From Planctomycetota bacterium (lineage in GTDB: Bacteria; Planctomycetota; UBA1135; UBA2386), in NCBI GenBank assembly GCA_965223545.1, contig OZ245006.1, positions 3,552,001-3,616,000 on the forward strand: a DNA stretch of 64,000 nucleotides. Reading direction: 5' to 3'. This document shows positions 9,570 through 19,613 of the stretch, piece after piece. The position numbers and the translations under genes are program-made. The notes beneath the pieces were generated by a model. The model was given only the letters and a program-made list of their open reading frames with translations, did not search any database and was not told where the DNA came from. Each line of letters begins with the position of its first letter. Position 1 is the first letter of the stretch.

Positions 9570-10682
9570 TCAGCGATCGCTTCGCAGACCGTCTCGGTCC
9601 ACCGATTGTCTGGCGTAGTCCCGGTAGAACTCCGCGGTCCGCTCGAGCCCCTCGCGAATCCCGAACCGTGGCTCGAAGCCCGTCGCGGCGCGCAGCCGCT
9701 GACCACCGTTCTCCTGCGCCACGATCTCGCGGACCGCGTCGCTCGGGACTTCGACGACGCGGTAGCCGTTCGCCCGAATGCTCTCGCCGAGAGCGGGATC
9801 ACCGCTCCGGGTCGCGACCGCGCTCGCTGCCTCGACGGTCTCGGCGCACATCGCCGCCGTCGTCAGGTTGGCGCGGCCGGGCAGGTTGAACGCGCGGTCC
9901 CCCCCGCCCGCGGCGCGGGACGCGAGCAGCAGGAGCGCGGAGCAGCAGTCGTCGATGAACAGGTAGTCCCGCCGGTGCGCGCGCGCGTGCGCGTAGACCG
10001 CAGGGGCGGCTGTCGGTGAGCCGAACATGGCCGCGAACGCCTTGGGGACGAGGCGGTAGCGAATCGCGTCGAGATCGAACGGTCCGAAGACGTTGCACAT
10101 GCGCGCCACGACCACGGGGATTCCGAACGCCTCGCCGTACGAGTGCGCGAACACGTCCGCAGCGATCTTGGACGCCTCGTAGATGCCCGCGCCCAGTAGC
10201 GGAGTCGATCGCTCGCAGTACGGGGATCCGTTGATGCCGCCGTACACCTTGTCCGACGAGGCGTGCACGAAGCAGGTGATGTCCTGTCCCGTCTTGCGGA
10301 TCGCATCGAGCACGTGGACCACACCCATCGAGCTGCCCCGGATCGCCTCGACGGGTCTCTCGGCGGCGCGCTGGATCACCGAAGCGAACGCGGCGAAATG
10401 GAAGACGTAGTCGAAGCGCTCGTCGGACAAGCACCGCTCCAGCGGCGCTGCATCGGTCACGTCGCCGGTGCAGACCGACACGCGCTCTCGCAACCCCGGT
10501 ACGAGGTTCAGCTGGCTCGGGCGCGTCGGGGCCGTGTCGGTATCGAGCGCGGTCACCGAGGCGCCCGCGGCCACCATGTGTCGGCAAACGTGACCGCCGA
10601 GGAACCCGAACGCGCCCGTGATCAGGACGCGCTTGCCCACGAAGGGCGCGAGAACACTGTCGTCGAGGGAGCTCTCGGTCAT
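9570..10682 (-). CDS. NDP-sugar epimerase/dehydratase (extended SDR)
   Basis: TGAFGFLG, HASSDKVYG, YEASK, RMCNVFGP; ATGA overlap with the upstream gene. Confidence 0.92.
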   Translation of the reverse strand: MTESSLDDSVLAPFVGKRVLITGAFGFLGGHVCRHMVAAGASVTALDTDTAPTRPSQLNLVPGLRERVSVCTGDVTDAAPLERCLSDERFDYVFHFAAFASVIQRAAERPVEAIRGSSMGVVHVLDAIRKTGQDITCFVHASSDKVYGGINGSPYCERSTPLLGAGIYEASKIAADVFAHSYGEAFGIPVVVARMCNVFGPFDLDAIRYRLVPKAFAAMFGSPTAAPAVYAHARAHRRDYLFIDDCCSALLLLASRAAGGGDRAFNLPGRANLTTAAMCAETVEAASAVATRSGDPALGESIRANGYRVVEVPSDAVREIVAQENGGQRLRAATGFEPRFGIREGLERTAEFYRDYARQSVDRDGLRSDR

Positions 10683-11956
10683 CGTTCGGCAGCTCCGCAC
10701 CTGTCATCGCGCCGCTGGGTCGCCTCGCGATACAGCTCGAGCATGCGATCGATCATGGCCTCGGTCCGCACCACCGGCTTCGGCGCCGCCGCGAGCCGGG
10801 CATAGAGCGACGGCTCGTCGCGGAGCCGCCGGAGCGCCGCAGCGAGGTCGGCGACGTCTCCCGGTTCGACGAGGAGTCCCGTCTGCCCGTGCTCGATCGC
10901 CTCCGCCATCGCGCCGAGCCTCGAGACGACGACCGGGATCCCCGCGAGGAATCCCTCGCGGATCGTCAGGCAGTAGGTCTCGTACCACAGACCGGGCACG
11001 ACCAGGACATCGACGCCGGCGAGGATGCGCGGGACGTCGGGCGGCTCGTAGCGCCCATGCAGGGTCACGTCGTGGGTCCCGCGGTCCAGTGCGCGCAGCC
11101 GCTCGCCATATCCGCGGTCCGAGTGCCACGGGCAGATCTCGCCGTGGATGTCGAGCGTGACGCTGTCCGGCTCGAGCTGCTGGACCGCCTCGAGGAGCAC
11201 GTGGGCTCCCTTCGACGGGATCACCGAACCGATGTAGGCGATGCGCAGCGGCTCGCGGCGCGCGCTCCGCGGCTCGGACCTGTGGGTGTGATCGAGGCCG
11301 CATTCGACAACGTGGATCTCCCGCCGGACGCCCCAGTCGAGGTAGACCTGCCGGGTGCTCCTCGACGGCGCGGTCAGCACGTCGACCTGCTCCAGCTTGT
11401 CGCGAATCCACGCGTCGTACTCCACGAGGGCGTCGATGTCGCTCTGGTCGCCGCCGAACAGCTGCGGCCAGAGCCGGGCACAGCACTTCGCGCACGTCGC
11501 TCGGTCGAACGTCGTGCACAGGGTCAGGTCGTCCTGGATTCTCTGTCCGCGGGGACAACCGAGCCAAAAGTCCCACAGACTGAGCACCGTCGGAACATTG
11601 CGGCGGCGGGCGACGTCCAGGATGCCAGTCGACAGGCAGGTCAGATGGTGGATGTGAACGAGGTCCGGTGCCTCACGCTCGAGCACTGCTTCGAAGATCC
11701 GATCAATCCGCTCGTTGCGGTAGATCATCCGGAAGCTGGTGCAGTCCGAGAAGTCGTAGCCGACGGAGAACACGTCGGCCCGGCCGAACGCGCCCCGGGC
11801 CGTTCCGTAAGCCGGCAGCGATCCCTCTCGCGCGTGGCGAAAGACCGTGACCTCGTCGCCCCGCGCCCGCAGCGACCGCGAGAACGCGTCGAGCATGACC
11901 TGCGTGCCGCCGACCGTGTCGGGCAACGAGAACGAGCTGACGTGCAGCGACTTCAA
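10679..11956 (-). CDS. Glycosyltransferase family 4
   Basis: GGTQ, PDLVHIHH, YIGSVIPSKG, ETYCLTIREGFLAGIPVV. TTG start overlaps the halogenase stop (TTGA). Confidence 0.92.
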   Translation of the reverse strand: MKSLHVSSFSLPDTVGGTQVMLDAFSRSLRARGDEVTVFRHAREGSLPAYGTARGAFGRADVFSVGYDFSDCTSFRMIYRNERIDRIFEAVLEREAPDLVHIHHLTCLSTGILDVARRRNVPTVLSLWDFWLGCPRGQRIQDDLTLCTTFDRATCAKCCARLWPQLFGGDQSDIDALVEYDAWIRDKLEQVDVLTAPSRSTRQVYLDWGVRREIHVVECGLDHTHRSEPRSARREPLRIAYIGSVIPSKGAHVLLEAVQQLEPDSVTLDIHGEICPWHSDRGYGERLRALDRGTHDVTLHGRYEPPDVPRILAGVDVLVVPGLWYETYCLTIREGFLAGIPVVVSRLGAMAEAIEHGQTGLLVEPGDVADLAAALRRLRDEPSLYARLAAAPKPVVRTEAMIDRMLELYREATQRRDDRCGAAER

Positions 11957-13641
11957 CGGGTCCGCCCCCGCGGCTCCGGTCGCACTCCGAGCGAGTCCAT
12001 TTCGTGCGGAGTCAGGAAAGCGTTGCTGTAGCAGCGCAGCCCACTGCGCGACAGCGGCTCGTAGGCCCACGGCAATGTGCGCAGGACCTCGCCCATCTTC
12101 TCGAGCGGGATCTGGTACCGCGCCTCCGACCGGACGGCGGACTCGAGTTGTTCGCAGGTCTCGTCGACGTTCTGCTCGCCGTTCTCGAGACGACCCATGA
12201 TGTCGCACCAGGCGTCGAGGCTGCCGAGCACCGTGTCGGTGTCGGCGACGCCCGTGCAGTGGCCGAAGCCGGTCAGGAAGTTCTCGGGTTCGCGCGCGCA
12301 GAAGGCGAACTCGTCGCGGTCGCGCGTGCGCGCGTGCTTGACCAGCGGGATCAGGACGTGGCGGATCCGCGCCGCGTCAGTCAGTGCCCAGAGCGAGATC
12401 CAGGTCTCCAGCAAGCGCGGCGACCGAAACGCGACGTAGTGGCCGTAGGTGATCCGATCGTGGAAGCGGAGCAGGTTGTCCGTGAGGCGCTGCAGCGGCT
12501 CGAATCGCCGCGCGTCGAAGTCGCCGTCCTCGAACGCGCGCAGGATGAGCGACACACCGGTCGCGATCGACTGGAACGTGTGAATGTTGCCCATCGAGTA
12601 GAGCGCGTCGACCGCCCCCGTCGCGTGCGGGGTCATCCAGAACCGCTGGCCGACGCAGCGCTTGCTCGAGTACTGCAAACGGCAGGTGTGGACCCAGGGG
12701 CGCACTGCCACCGCGCGCTCGAACTGACAGCGGATCGCGGGGTAGTCGGACAAGAACGCCTGCCACTCCTGCTCCGCGCTGCGCCCATCGGTTCTTGGGA
12801 AGCGCCGGTTGTCCAGGCTGAGGCCGACGCTGCAGAGCTTGTTCGTGGACGTGGTGTGGTTGTCAAACGGGATCACCCACAGCCAGCCGCCGTCGAAGAA
12901 GTGGTGCAGCGTCCCCTGACTCCAAGGGGCCATCGTCCGCTCCACCGCGCGGAAGGTCTCGTAGGGTTCGACCCCGACCATGTGGGTGAACAGAGTCCGC
13001 GAGTTCGTCCGCATGCGCGGCGGCGTCTCCCGCAGCGAGAGCTGGTCGGCCAGGACCGAGCGGTAGCCGCTGGCGTCGACGACGAACCCGCACCGCATCG
13101 TGTCGTTCGCCGACGTCGTGACCGTCACCCCGTCCGCGTCGAACGAGATGTCCGTCGCCGTCGTCGCGGGCCGGCCGACGACCCCGGCGTGGAGCGCAGT
13201 CGCCCACAGCCACGCGTCGACGTCCTGGCGGAAGTAGTGCATCTCGTTGTACGAGGGCTGCGAGTCGTTCTCGGTCTCGGCGAGCGATGCCTGGGCGATG
13301 ATCGCCTGCCACGAGTGCTCGGCGCGGTCGGCGCCCACCGTGTGGTACAGGAAGCCGAAGTTGTTCTTGAGACCGGACGACGGCGCGACGTGGCGGATGA
13401 TCGACTCGGCGTTCGCGATGTGCAGCAGGTCGGGAACGTCGAAGAGCTCTGCAAGGAGGCGAAGCCAGAGCGAGGAGGGCGTCGTGGTCGATTCCCCGAC
13501 CGCGAGTCGCGGGTGGGTGCCCTGGTCGAGGATCGCGACTCTCAGGCCGCGCCGGGCGAGGCACAGGGCGGTGATCGATCCAGCGAGCCCGGACCCCAGG
13601 ATGACGACGTCGGTGTCGGCGAATCTACTAGAGCGTGACAT
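11953..13641 (-). CDS. Flavin-dependent halogenase, PrnC-like
   Basis: GSGLAG, HPRLAVGES, GLKNNFGF (catalytic-Lys region), HYFRQDVD, GTLHHFFDGGWLWVIPF (WxWxIP). Confidence 0.88.
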   Translation of the reverse strand: MSRSSRFADTDVVILGSGLAGSITALCLARRGLRVAILDQGTHPRLAVGESTTTPSSLWLRLLAELFDVPDLLHIANAESIIRHVAPSSGLKNNFGFLYHTVGADRAEHSWQAIIAQASLAETENDSQPSYNEMHYFRQDVDAWLWATALHAGVVGRPATTATDISFDADGVTVTTSANDTMRCGFVVDASGYRSVLADQLSLRETPPRMRTNSRTLFTHMVGVEPYETFRAVERTMAPWSQGTLHHFFDGGWLWVIPFDNHTTSTNKLCSVGLSLDNRRFPRTDGRSAEQEWQAFLSDYPAIRCQFERAVAVRPWVHTCRLQYSSKRCVGQRFWMTPHATGAVDALYSMGNIHTFQSIATGVSLILRAFEDGDFDARRFEPLQRLTDNLLRFHDRITYGHYVAFRSPRLLETWISLWALTDAARIRHVLIPLVKHARTRDRDEFAFCAREPENFLTGFGHCTGVADTDTVLGSLDAWCDIMGRLENGEQNVDETCEQLESAVRSEARYQIPLEKMGEVLRTLPWAYEPLSRSGLRCYSNAFLTPHEMDSLGVRPEPRGRTR

Positions 13642-14035
13642 GAGTCGAGATGACTCATTATCGGGGTTGCGCCGCGGGAGTCAGGGGGCCCGCAAGCCGG
13701 CCCGGCCAGCGCGTTATCCTCTCCTTCTGTTGGGGGGAGTCGCCGATCCACGATGCACTCGAACGCGCCGTTCGTTCATCGCCCGCGACCTCCGTGCGCC
13801 TCTGAACACGCCCGTGCTTCGTGACCTATTGTTCGCTGCGACGGCCGTGGCCGGGATCGAAGCGAGGCGTCCGCGGCCATCCTGACGTTTGTTTCCGGGT
13901 GCCTGGTCTTCGGCTGCCTCTGCGAATTGCGGTGCCATGCACCCCGCACCACAAGAGTTTGACCAACGTCCCGGGTTTCAACAACTTTGCCGCGGGCTCC
14001 CAACGATTCGGCTACGAGCCTCTTCAGGAGATCGC

Positions 14036-17000
14036 ATGCAAAGCAGCCTCAGGACGTTGTTTCCCCTCCTTCTGGTTGGCGCGTTGTCATACGCGCCGGC
14101 GCAGACCATCCCCGGCGCCGCTCTGACGCACCAGCCGGCAGGCGCCCTTGCCGCAGGCACGACCACCACTTACCGCAGCGGAAGCCAGTACCACTTCGTG
14201 TTTCAAGGCGACGAGACGGTTCATTATGTGCTCGACGTCGATGATCCGGATGGGAGAGTCCGCGATGGGATGCTGCGCATCGAGGAGCTGGTCAGCGGAG
14301 CGATTCCGATCGCCCGCGGCGGCTTGACTTGGCGCTATGGATCGAACTGGACCGACGTACAAGCCCCAGACGCGCACGCCGCGGTGGCGGACACCACGCT
14401 CGTGCACTCACACCTCGACCCGGTCGGCCGCCTCACGTTGAGCTACCGGGAGAGTCGCGGCGGCCTCAACCTGCACAAGACCTACGAACTCTGGCTTGTC
14501 GGAAAAGTCCTCAAGCTTCGCGTCCGCGGCGCCAACGATTCCGGCCCGTCGTGGATCGGCAACTACTCTGGCTTCCGGCCAATGCCGTCGGAAAACACGC
14601 CGAACCCCGACGAACACCACGTACCGTACATGGACAATACCCCGCTGTTGCGCTTCGCGGGGAATCATTTCTTCTCGGTCTACGGTGACTGGCACCGCTG
14701 TAACGGAGTTACTGGCGCCAACAACGCGAGCGAGTATTCGTCACAATCCCCCAGCTCCATCGAGCACTACTACTTCGCAGCGGCAGCGCGCGACGAAAAC
14801 GGCAACTTGCTCCGACCTGTCGACGAAACGATCAACTTGATTGTCACAGCGAATCCCAGCGACGCATTTCCGGAATCTAGCCACTACCGCTCACCGTACT
14901 ATCAGGCCACGAGTGGGCGGATGATGCTATTCGGAGCACGACAAACTCCTAATGCCTGGCGAGACTATGCTGCCTCGTACGGATTTCTGGAAAGCGTGGG
15001 GCTGACTGACTCAACCATCAACCACCACAACACGTTTCGGTATGGCGCCATGCAAGCGATCAATCCGGGAAATGGCCTCCCGGGTGTGATTGGCTGTGAA
15101 AGTTCTGCACTGCCGAGTGTGGTGTCGCACGTGCAAGGCTCTTATTCCGTCATTGACCCAGATTCCCCCGCGGCACTGGCGCTTGCGGACCAAGAGTTTG
15201 GTGCATTGGCCGCGTCGGCGCGCGCTACGGGCGCGTTCTTCGCGAATATCGTCACACATAATTACTTGGATCAGTGGTCCACGGGGCCGTTTCCACCGGG
15301 GCAATACACTGCGCCAGCAAACCAAGGCATTGGGTACAACACTTCCATCCCATACGCTGTGGGGTCCAGCCTATTTGCGATACAATGGCCGACCACCAAC
15401 GTCAGCTACTTGCCGTTTGCATCCGCCGTCGTGCGAGACTGGCAAGGGACAGCAACCCTGGGGTGGGACATCAGTTTGAATTTCAACAACCAAAACACGA
15501 CGTTCGCCGGCTGGGGCTTCAGACTACAGCGCGCCGGCGCAAACCATGCATACGACGTGATCGTAAAACAACTCGAGCACGGGAAGGCTCAATTCGACTC
15601 CAACGCTGTGGCTTGGGACGCCGACAACTCACTGCCTCTCGAGATCCTGCATATCGATGCTCAATCCAACAGCGACCTACCTCACTCAGTCGGCGAGTTC
15701 CTTGCCTACAATTCACAAGCAGCTCGGCAGCTCCGGACCTACATGGAGGGCCCGCTGTACGGAGAGGCGGCGAAGCATCGCAGCAAAGCATTCAGTAATC
15801 AGGGGGTTCGGGATGGTGACCGTGCCACGTATCCTATTGAGAATACCGCGGGGACGAAGACGTTTGATCAGTGGGTTGTTCCAGACTATTCACTGCGCGG
15901 CATCTTGAGCACGGCCAGCGGCTATTCGGGAATGGGACAAGAGGCCAACTTCGCGACCGCTCCGGTGACCGGAGCTCCTCACGATGGCCCGGATGGCGAC
16001 GTCGACGTGTTCAAGGATGATTGGATCACCACTATTGCAACCTACGGTCACAATGCGTTCGCGGGAAACAATGGTCATGTCAAGAATGCGTACTGGACGT
16101 ATCAAGGCATTTTGACGCAGTACGCAATCCTCTCTGGCTACAGCCGAGCAATTCGGAGCTCCACAGTGACCTCGATTCGCTATGTGGACAAGACCAATCC
16201 GCTGACCAAGTTGGAGCTGGGCGATGCACTTGCAGCGGGCTGGGGCGACGGCTATTTCAAGAGCCCGCGCATTCAAGTCGAGTATGATTCCGGGCTCAAG
16301 TTCTTTGCCAACCACGATGATCCTGCGAGCCAGGGTGGCGGGACGAACTGGACCGTACGCGTCCCTCTGCCCGGAGGAGGACAGGAGGTCGTCGAGCTGA
16401 AGCCGAATGCGTTCGCTTGCGGTGATGGCACGTCGTTGCTCGTCCTGTTCAACGCGCGGCCTTCCGGCATGGCAGACTTCTTCGACTACGCCTGGGTCGA
16501 AGGACGATGGGAAGCGATCAACTACAGGTTGCCAAACCAAGGCGGCACGTCCAGCGCGCCGTTCTACTATCGGAACTTCCCCCCCGCGGCTGGCAGCATG
16601 GGCTTCAGCACAACGGCGGAGCCGCAATTCTATGAGGGCTTGATCATGCGCAACGACGTCCTCGGGGCATTCGTCGGCGCCGCGGGAGGCCTCTGGAATC
16701 CCAACGGGAGCGCCCCCGGGTGGTACTCCGGGCTCGTTGAGGTCGGCACGGCGGCGGCGCCGGCCTTGGCCAGCGTCGAAGTCCGCCACGAGGCTACCGC
16801 ATTGGCGGTCGGCAAGCCGGAGGGCTTCGTGGCAATTGCGCACTACAGCAACGGCGGATGGCGAGATGTCACTACACTAGCCAGCTGGTCGGCGACCGGC
16901 CCGGCGACCGTGAACAAGAGCGGTGCAGCGACTGCCACCGCCCTTGGATCGGTCGTCGTGTCGGCCAGCTACAGCGGTCTTGTTGGAGCGAGCCAATCGT

Positions 17001-17857
17001 TGCCCGTGTCGGACGCGGTTACGGCAGAGGCGGGGCCCGACGTCACGGTCGCGGCGGGCGATGTCGTCAGCTTCGACGGCAGTACTTCGTCAGATCCCAA
17101 GGGCGGATTGCTCTCTTACTCCTGGGATTTCGGGGACGGCTCCGGTTCGGATTCCGGAGCCCGGGTGTCGCACGTCTATACCGTTCCCGGCACCTATGCC
17201 GTGGTGCTCACGATCGATGACGTCGAAGACAATCAAGATCTCGACACCCTCACCGTTACCGTGACGGGCAATGGGCGGCTGGCCGGCCATGACTTGGAGG
17301 ACGGAAGCGCGGACTCGTTCTCGGTGCACGCCGGGACGTGGGGAGTGTTCGATGGCGACTTGACCCAGCTCGAGACAAACGGCGACGCCGGCGTCAAACT
17401 CGTCGACCCGGCCACTGCCGTGGAGCTCCAGTTCGGGGACATTCACGCCTCGACGCGCATCGAGCTATTGACGAGCGGCGGTGCGGCAGGAGCGGGCCTC
17501 GCGATCTGTGGTGCCAGCGGGTCACCGCTGACGGAGGATTGCTACATCGCTCAGTTGAATGGGGCGGGCATCCTGGTGTTGGTAAAGGTGCAGGGTGGCA
17601 CCGTGACCCAGCTGTTCAACAAAGTGGCCGGTGTAGACACGGCCGTGCCGCATGACCTTTCGGTTCGAACCTACCATGTGGCCGGCAGCGGGCGCGTGCT
17701 TCAGGTGCTGCTCGACGGCGTCACGGTGATCAGCGGAACGGACGCGAACCCGCTCCCGGGGGGAGGAGTGGGCTTGGTGACCCGCAACGCGCACACGCGG
17801 TTCGCCCATTTGTTCGTCGACGCGGCATTCCTACCCGGCGGGCCACAGGGACAGTAG
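14036..17857 (+). CDS. Large secreted protein: unknown N-terminal (possibly glycoside hydrolase) region + Ig-like (Big_2) + PKD + beta-sandwich domains
   Basis: AGGAG RBS; signal peptide; DVTTLASWS Ig-like segment; [31 protein letters not shown] motif. Confidence 0.8.
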   Translation: MQSSLRTLFPLLLVGALSYAPAQTIPGAALTHQPAGALAAGTTTTYRSGSQYHFVFQGDETVHYVLDVDDPDGRVRDGMLRIEELVSGAIPIARGGLTWRYGSNWTDVQAPDAHAAVADTTLVHSHLDPVGRLTLSYRESRGGLNLHKTYELWLVGKVLKLRVRGANDSGPSWIGNYSGFRPMPSENTPNPDEHHVPYMDNTPLLRFAGNHFFSVYGDWHRCNGVTGANNASEYSSQSPSSIEHYYFAAAARDENGNLLRPVDETINLIVTANPSDAFPESSHYRSPYYQATSGRMMLFGARQTPNAWRDYAASYGFLESVGLTDSTINHHNTFRYGAMQAINPGNGLPGVIGCESSALPSVVSHVQGSYSVIDPDSPAALALADQEFGALAASARATGAFFANIVTHNYLDQWSTGPFPPGQYTAPANQGIGYNTSIPYAVGSSLFAIQWPTTNVSYLPFASAVVRDWQGTATLGWDISLNFNNQNTTFAGWGFRLQRAGANHAYDVIVKQLEHGKAQFDSNAVAWDADNSLPLEILHIDAQSNSDLPHSVGEFLAYNSQAARQLRTYMEGPLYGEAAKHRSKAFSNQGVRDGDRATYPIENTAGTKTFDQWVVPDYSLRGILSTASGYSGMGQEANFATAPVTGAPHDGPDGDVDVFKDDWITTIATYGHNAFAGNNGHVKNAYWTYQGILTQYAILSGYSRAIRSSTVTSIRYVDKTNPLTKLELGDALAAGWGDGYFKSPRIQVEYDSGLKFFANHDDPASQGGGTNWTVRVPLPGGGQEVVELKPNAFACGDGTSLLVLFNARPSGMADFFDYAWVEGRWEAINYRLPNQGGTSSAPFYYRNFPPAAGSMGFSTTAEPQFYEGLIMRNDVLGAFVGAAGGLWNPNGSAPGWYSGLVEVGTAAAPALASVEVRHEATALAVGKPEGFVAIAHYSNGGWRDVTTLASWSATGPATVNKSGAATATALGSVVVSASYSGLVGASQSLPVSDAVTAEAGPDVTVAAGDVVSFDGSTSSDPKGGLLSYSWDFGDGSGSDSGARVSHVYTVPGTYAVVLTIDDVEDNQDLDTLTVTVTGNGRLAGHDLEDGSADSFSVHAGTWGVFDGDLTQLETNGDAGVKLVDPATAVELQFGDIHASTRIELLTSGGAAGAGLAICGASGSPLTEDCYIAQLNGAGILVLVKVQGGTVTQLFNKVAGVDTAVPHDLSVRTYHVAGSGRVLQVLLDGVTVISGTDANPLPGGGVGLVTRNAHTRFAHLFVDAAFLPGGPQGQ

Positions 17858-18463
17858 GGCGTCGCCGCGCGCACGCGAGCCGGTCTGCTCGCTCGTCGGG
17901 GACTCGGGCGTCCCCCCACGACGGCGTCCGCGCTGCCGGCCGTTCGCGCCTCCTGAGCGCGAAGCAGGGGGTCTGGACTTCGCACCGAGCAGCTGGGCTG
18001 GGTTCACGTGGACAGAATCCGCCCAGGCCGCGTGCAACGTGATTGATCACGCAGACGGGTGCCATGCACGCGCTACGGCTAACTTCGACCCTGTTCAGCG
18101 TAGGCTAAAGCGCGGCGTGGTCGGAGCCCCAGGCCCGCCCGTTGTCGTCCTCGGTTTGCCTCGAACAACGGCATTCTGACTGTTCTGCGGCGTTTCCCGG
18201 TGACCACCGCCCACCTCGTGCGCACCGGTAGCTTCTGCGGGAGACAGCCTCGACGAGTGCGGTGGCAACACCGCACGCACCGAGTCAGTCACCCGGGGGG
18301 TCGACCTTGAGCGTTGGTGACGCTTGTTCCCATGGGTGCCTCTTCGCCGTTCTGGGAACTCCTCCGGCATTGGCAGAGATGAGCACGCCAGACGTCATGA
18401 GGGTGGCGGTACTTTGCAAGCATGTGATTGACTAGCTTGACGCTCCGCACGAGTTGCGCCTGT

Positions 18464-18551
18464 TTTGAACAGGTTCATATCGACGTTCGTCCACACGTCG
18501 TCGGATCACCTACTGTTCGAGCGCGTTCGAATCAGAAGCATCGAAGGCCCG
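18464..18551. repeat. ~90-bp imperfect direct repeat, copy 2
   Basis: TTTGAACAGGTTCATATCGACGTTCGTCCACACGTCGTCGG...TTCGAGCGCGTTCGAATC...CGAAGGCCCG; same orientation as 8891-8982. Confidence 0.8.
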
Positions 18552-18584
18552 ATTCGCACCCCCCGACGTACCATCCCCCCACCC

Positions 18585-19100
18585 ATGAACCTGCTCGAGT
18601 TCCTCCGCGACGTCCCCGACTTCCCCAAGCCCGGAATCATCTTCAAGGACATCACGCCGCTGCTGGCCAGTCCCCAGGCCATGCAGCACTGCATCGACCA
18701 GATGGCCGAGATCTTGCACGGCCAGGACGTGCATCACATCGCGGCGGTCGAGTCGCGAGGCTTCCTGTTCGGCATGCCGCTTGCCATGCACATGGGCATC
18801 GGCTTCACGCCGATCCGCAAGCCCGGCAAGCTGCCGTGGAAGACCGAGGAGGTCGAGTACTCGCTCGAGTACGGCACCGATCGGCTGCAGATCCACCAGG
18901 ACGCGTTTGCCAAGGGGCAGCGCGTCGCGCTGGTCGACGATCTGCTCGCCACCGGCGGCACCATGGACGCGGCCGGCCAGCTCGTCGAGCGGCTCGAGGC
19001 GCACGTCGTCGCCTGCCTGTTCGCGGTCGAGCTCGGCTTCCTGCCCGGCCGCGGCAAGCTGGGGCGATACCCGGTGCACGCGCTGGTGCAGATCGGCTGA
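18585..19100 (+). CDS. apt: Adenine phosphoribosyltransferase
   Basis: PDFPKPGIIFKDITPLL, ESRGF, RKPGKLP, YSLEYGTD, VDDLLATGGT. Confidence 0.98.
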   Translation: MNLLEFLRDVPDFPKPGIIFKDITPLLASPQAMQHCIDQMAEILHGQDVHHIAAVESRGFLFGMPLAMHMGIGFTPIRKPGKLPWKTEEVEYSLEYGTDRLQIHQDAFAKGQRVALVDDLLATGGTMDAAGQLVERLEAHVVACLFAVELGFLPGRGKLGRYPVHALVQIG

Positions 19101-19150
19101 CGATCAAGCCGGGCGCGCGTTCCGGCCGACAGCAGCATAGGATCGAACGC

Positions 19151-19606
19151 ATGCTGCTCCGCACCACCGCGCTCTGCCTTCTGCTCGCAACCAGCGTCTC
19201 CGCCCAGTTGGGGCGGTTCTCGCTGCCCGTGGGGCCGCACATCGAGCGGGCGGCGAGCGGGGCGCAGATCACCCTGAAGGTCGTGCGCGACACGGCGACG
19301 ACGGTCGTGATCGAGATCGCCGGCGCTCCACCCAGCGCGGCGTGTTTTCTGCTCGCCGGAACGATGGTCCGGCCCGAGCCAGAGATCGCCGACGGGCGGC
19401 TCGGTGTCGATCTGACCACACCGGTCGTGCTGCTACCGATGGGCTACGCCGACGCCCGCGGTCAGGCCGCGCGCGCCCTGGTCGTGGCCGCCGACGCCGG
19501 CATGCGCCGCGCCGTGATCATGCAGGCCTTGGCAATCCGGCTCGGAGACACTGCGCACCGGCCGGTCCTCGCAGTGGCAATCTCCCAGCCACGTCGCCTC
19601 GACTGA
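19151..19606 (+). CDS. Small secreted protein
   Basis: Signal peptide ending VSA-Q; GAPPSAACFLLAG...ADARGQA...MQAL resembles the shared C-terminal domain. Confidence 0.65.
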   Translation: MLLRTTALCLLLATSVSAQLGRFSLPVGPHIERAASGAQITLKVVRDTATTVVIEIAGAPPSAACFLLAGTMVRPEPEIADGRLGVDLTTPVVLLPMGYADARGQAARALVVAADAGMRRAVIMQALAIRLGDTAHRPVLAVAISQPRRLD

Positions 19607-19613
19607 GATCGCG

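Noticed and set aside
11953..13641. Pyrrolnitrin gene cluster (prnC)
   Set aside because: prnA, prnB and prnD are absent from the window and one conserved motif is divergent, so no gene symbol was assigned.
18403..18419. Possible sigma54 promoter TGGCGGTACTTTGCA
   Set aside because: The GG-to-GC spacing is 9 nt rather than the required 10.
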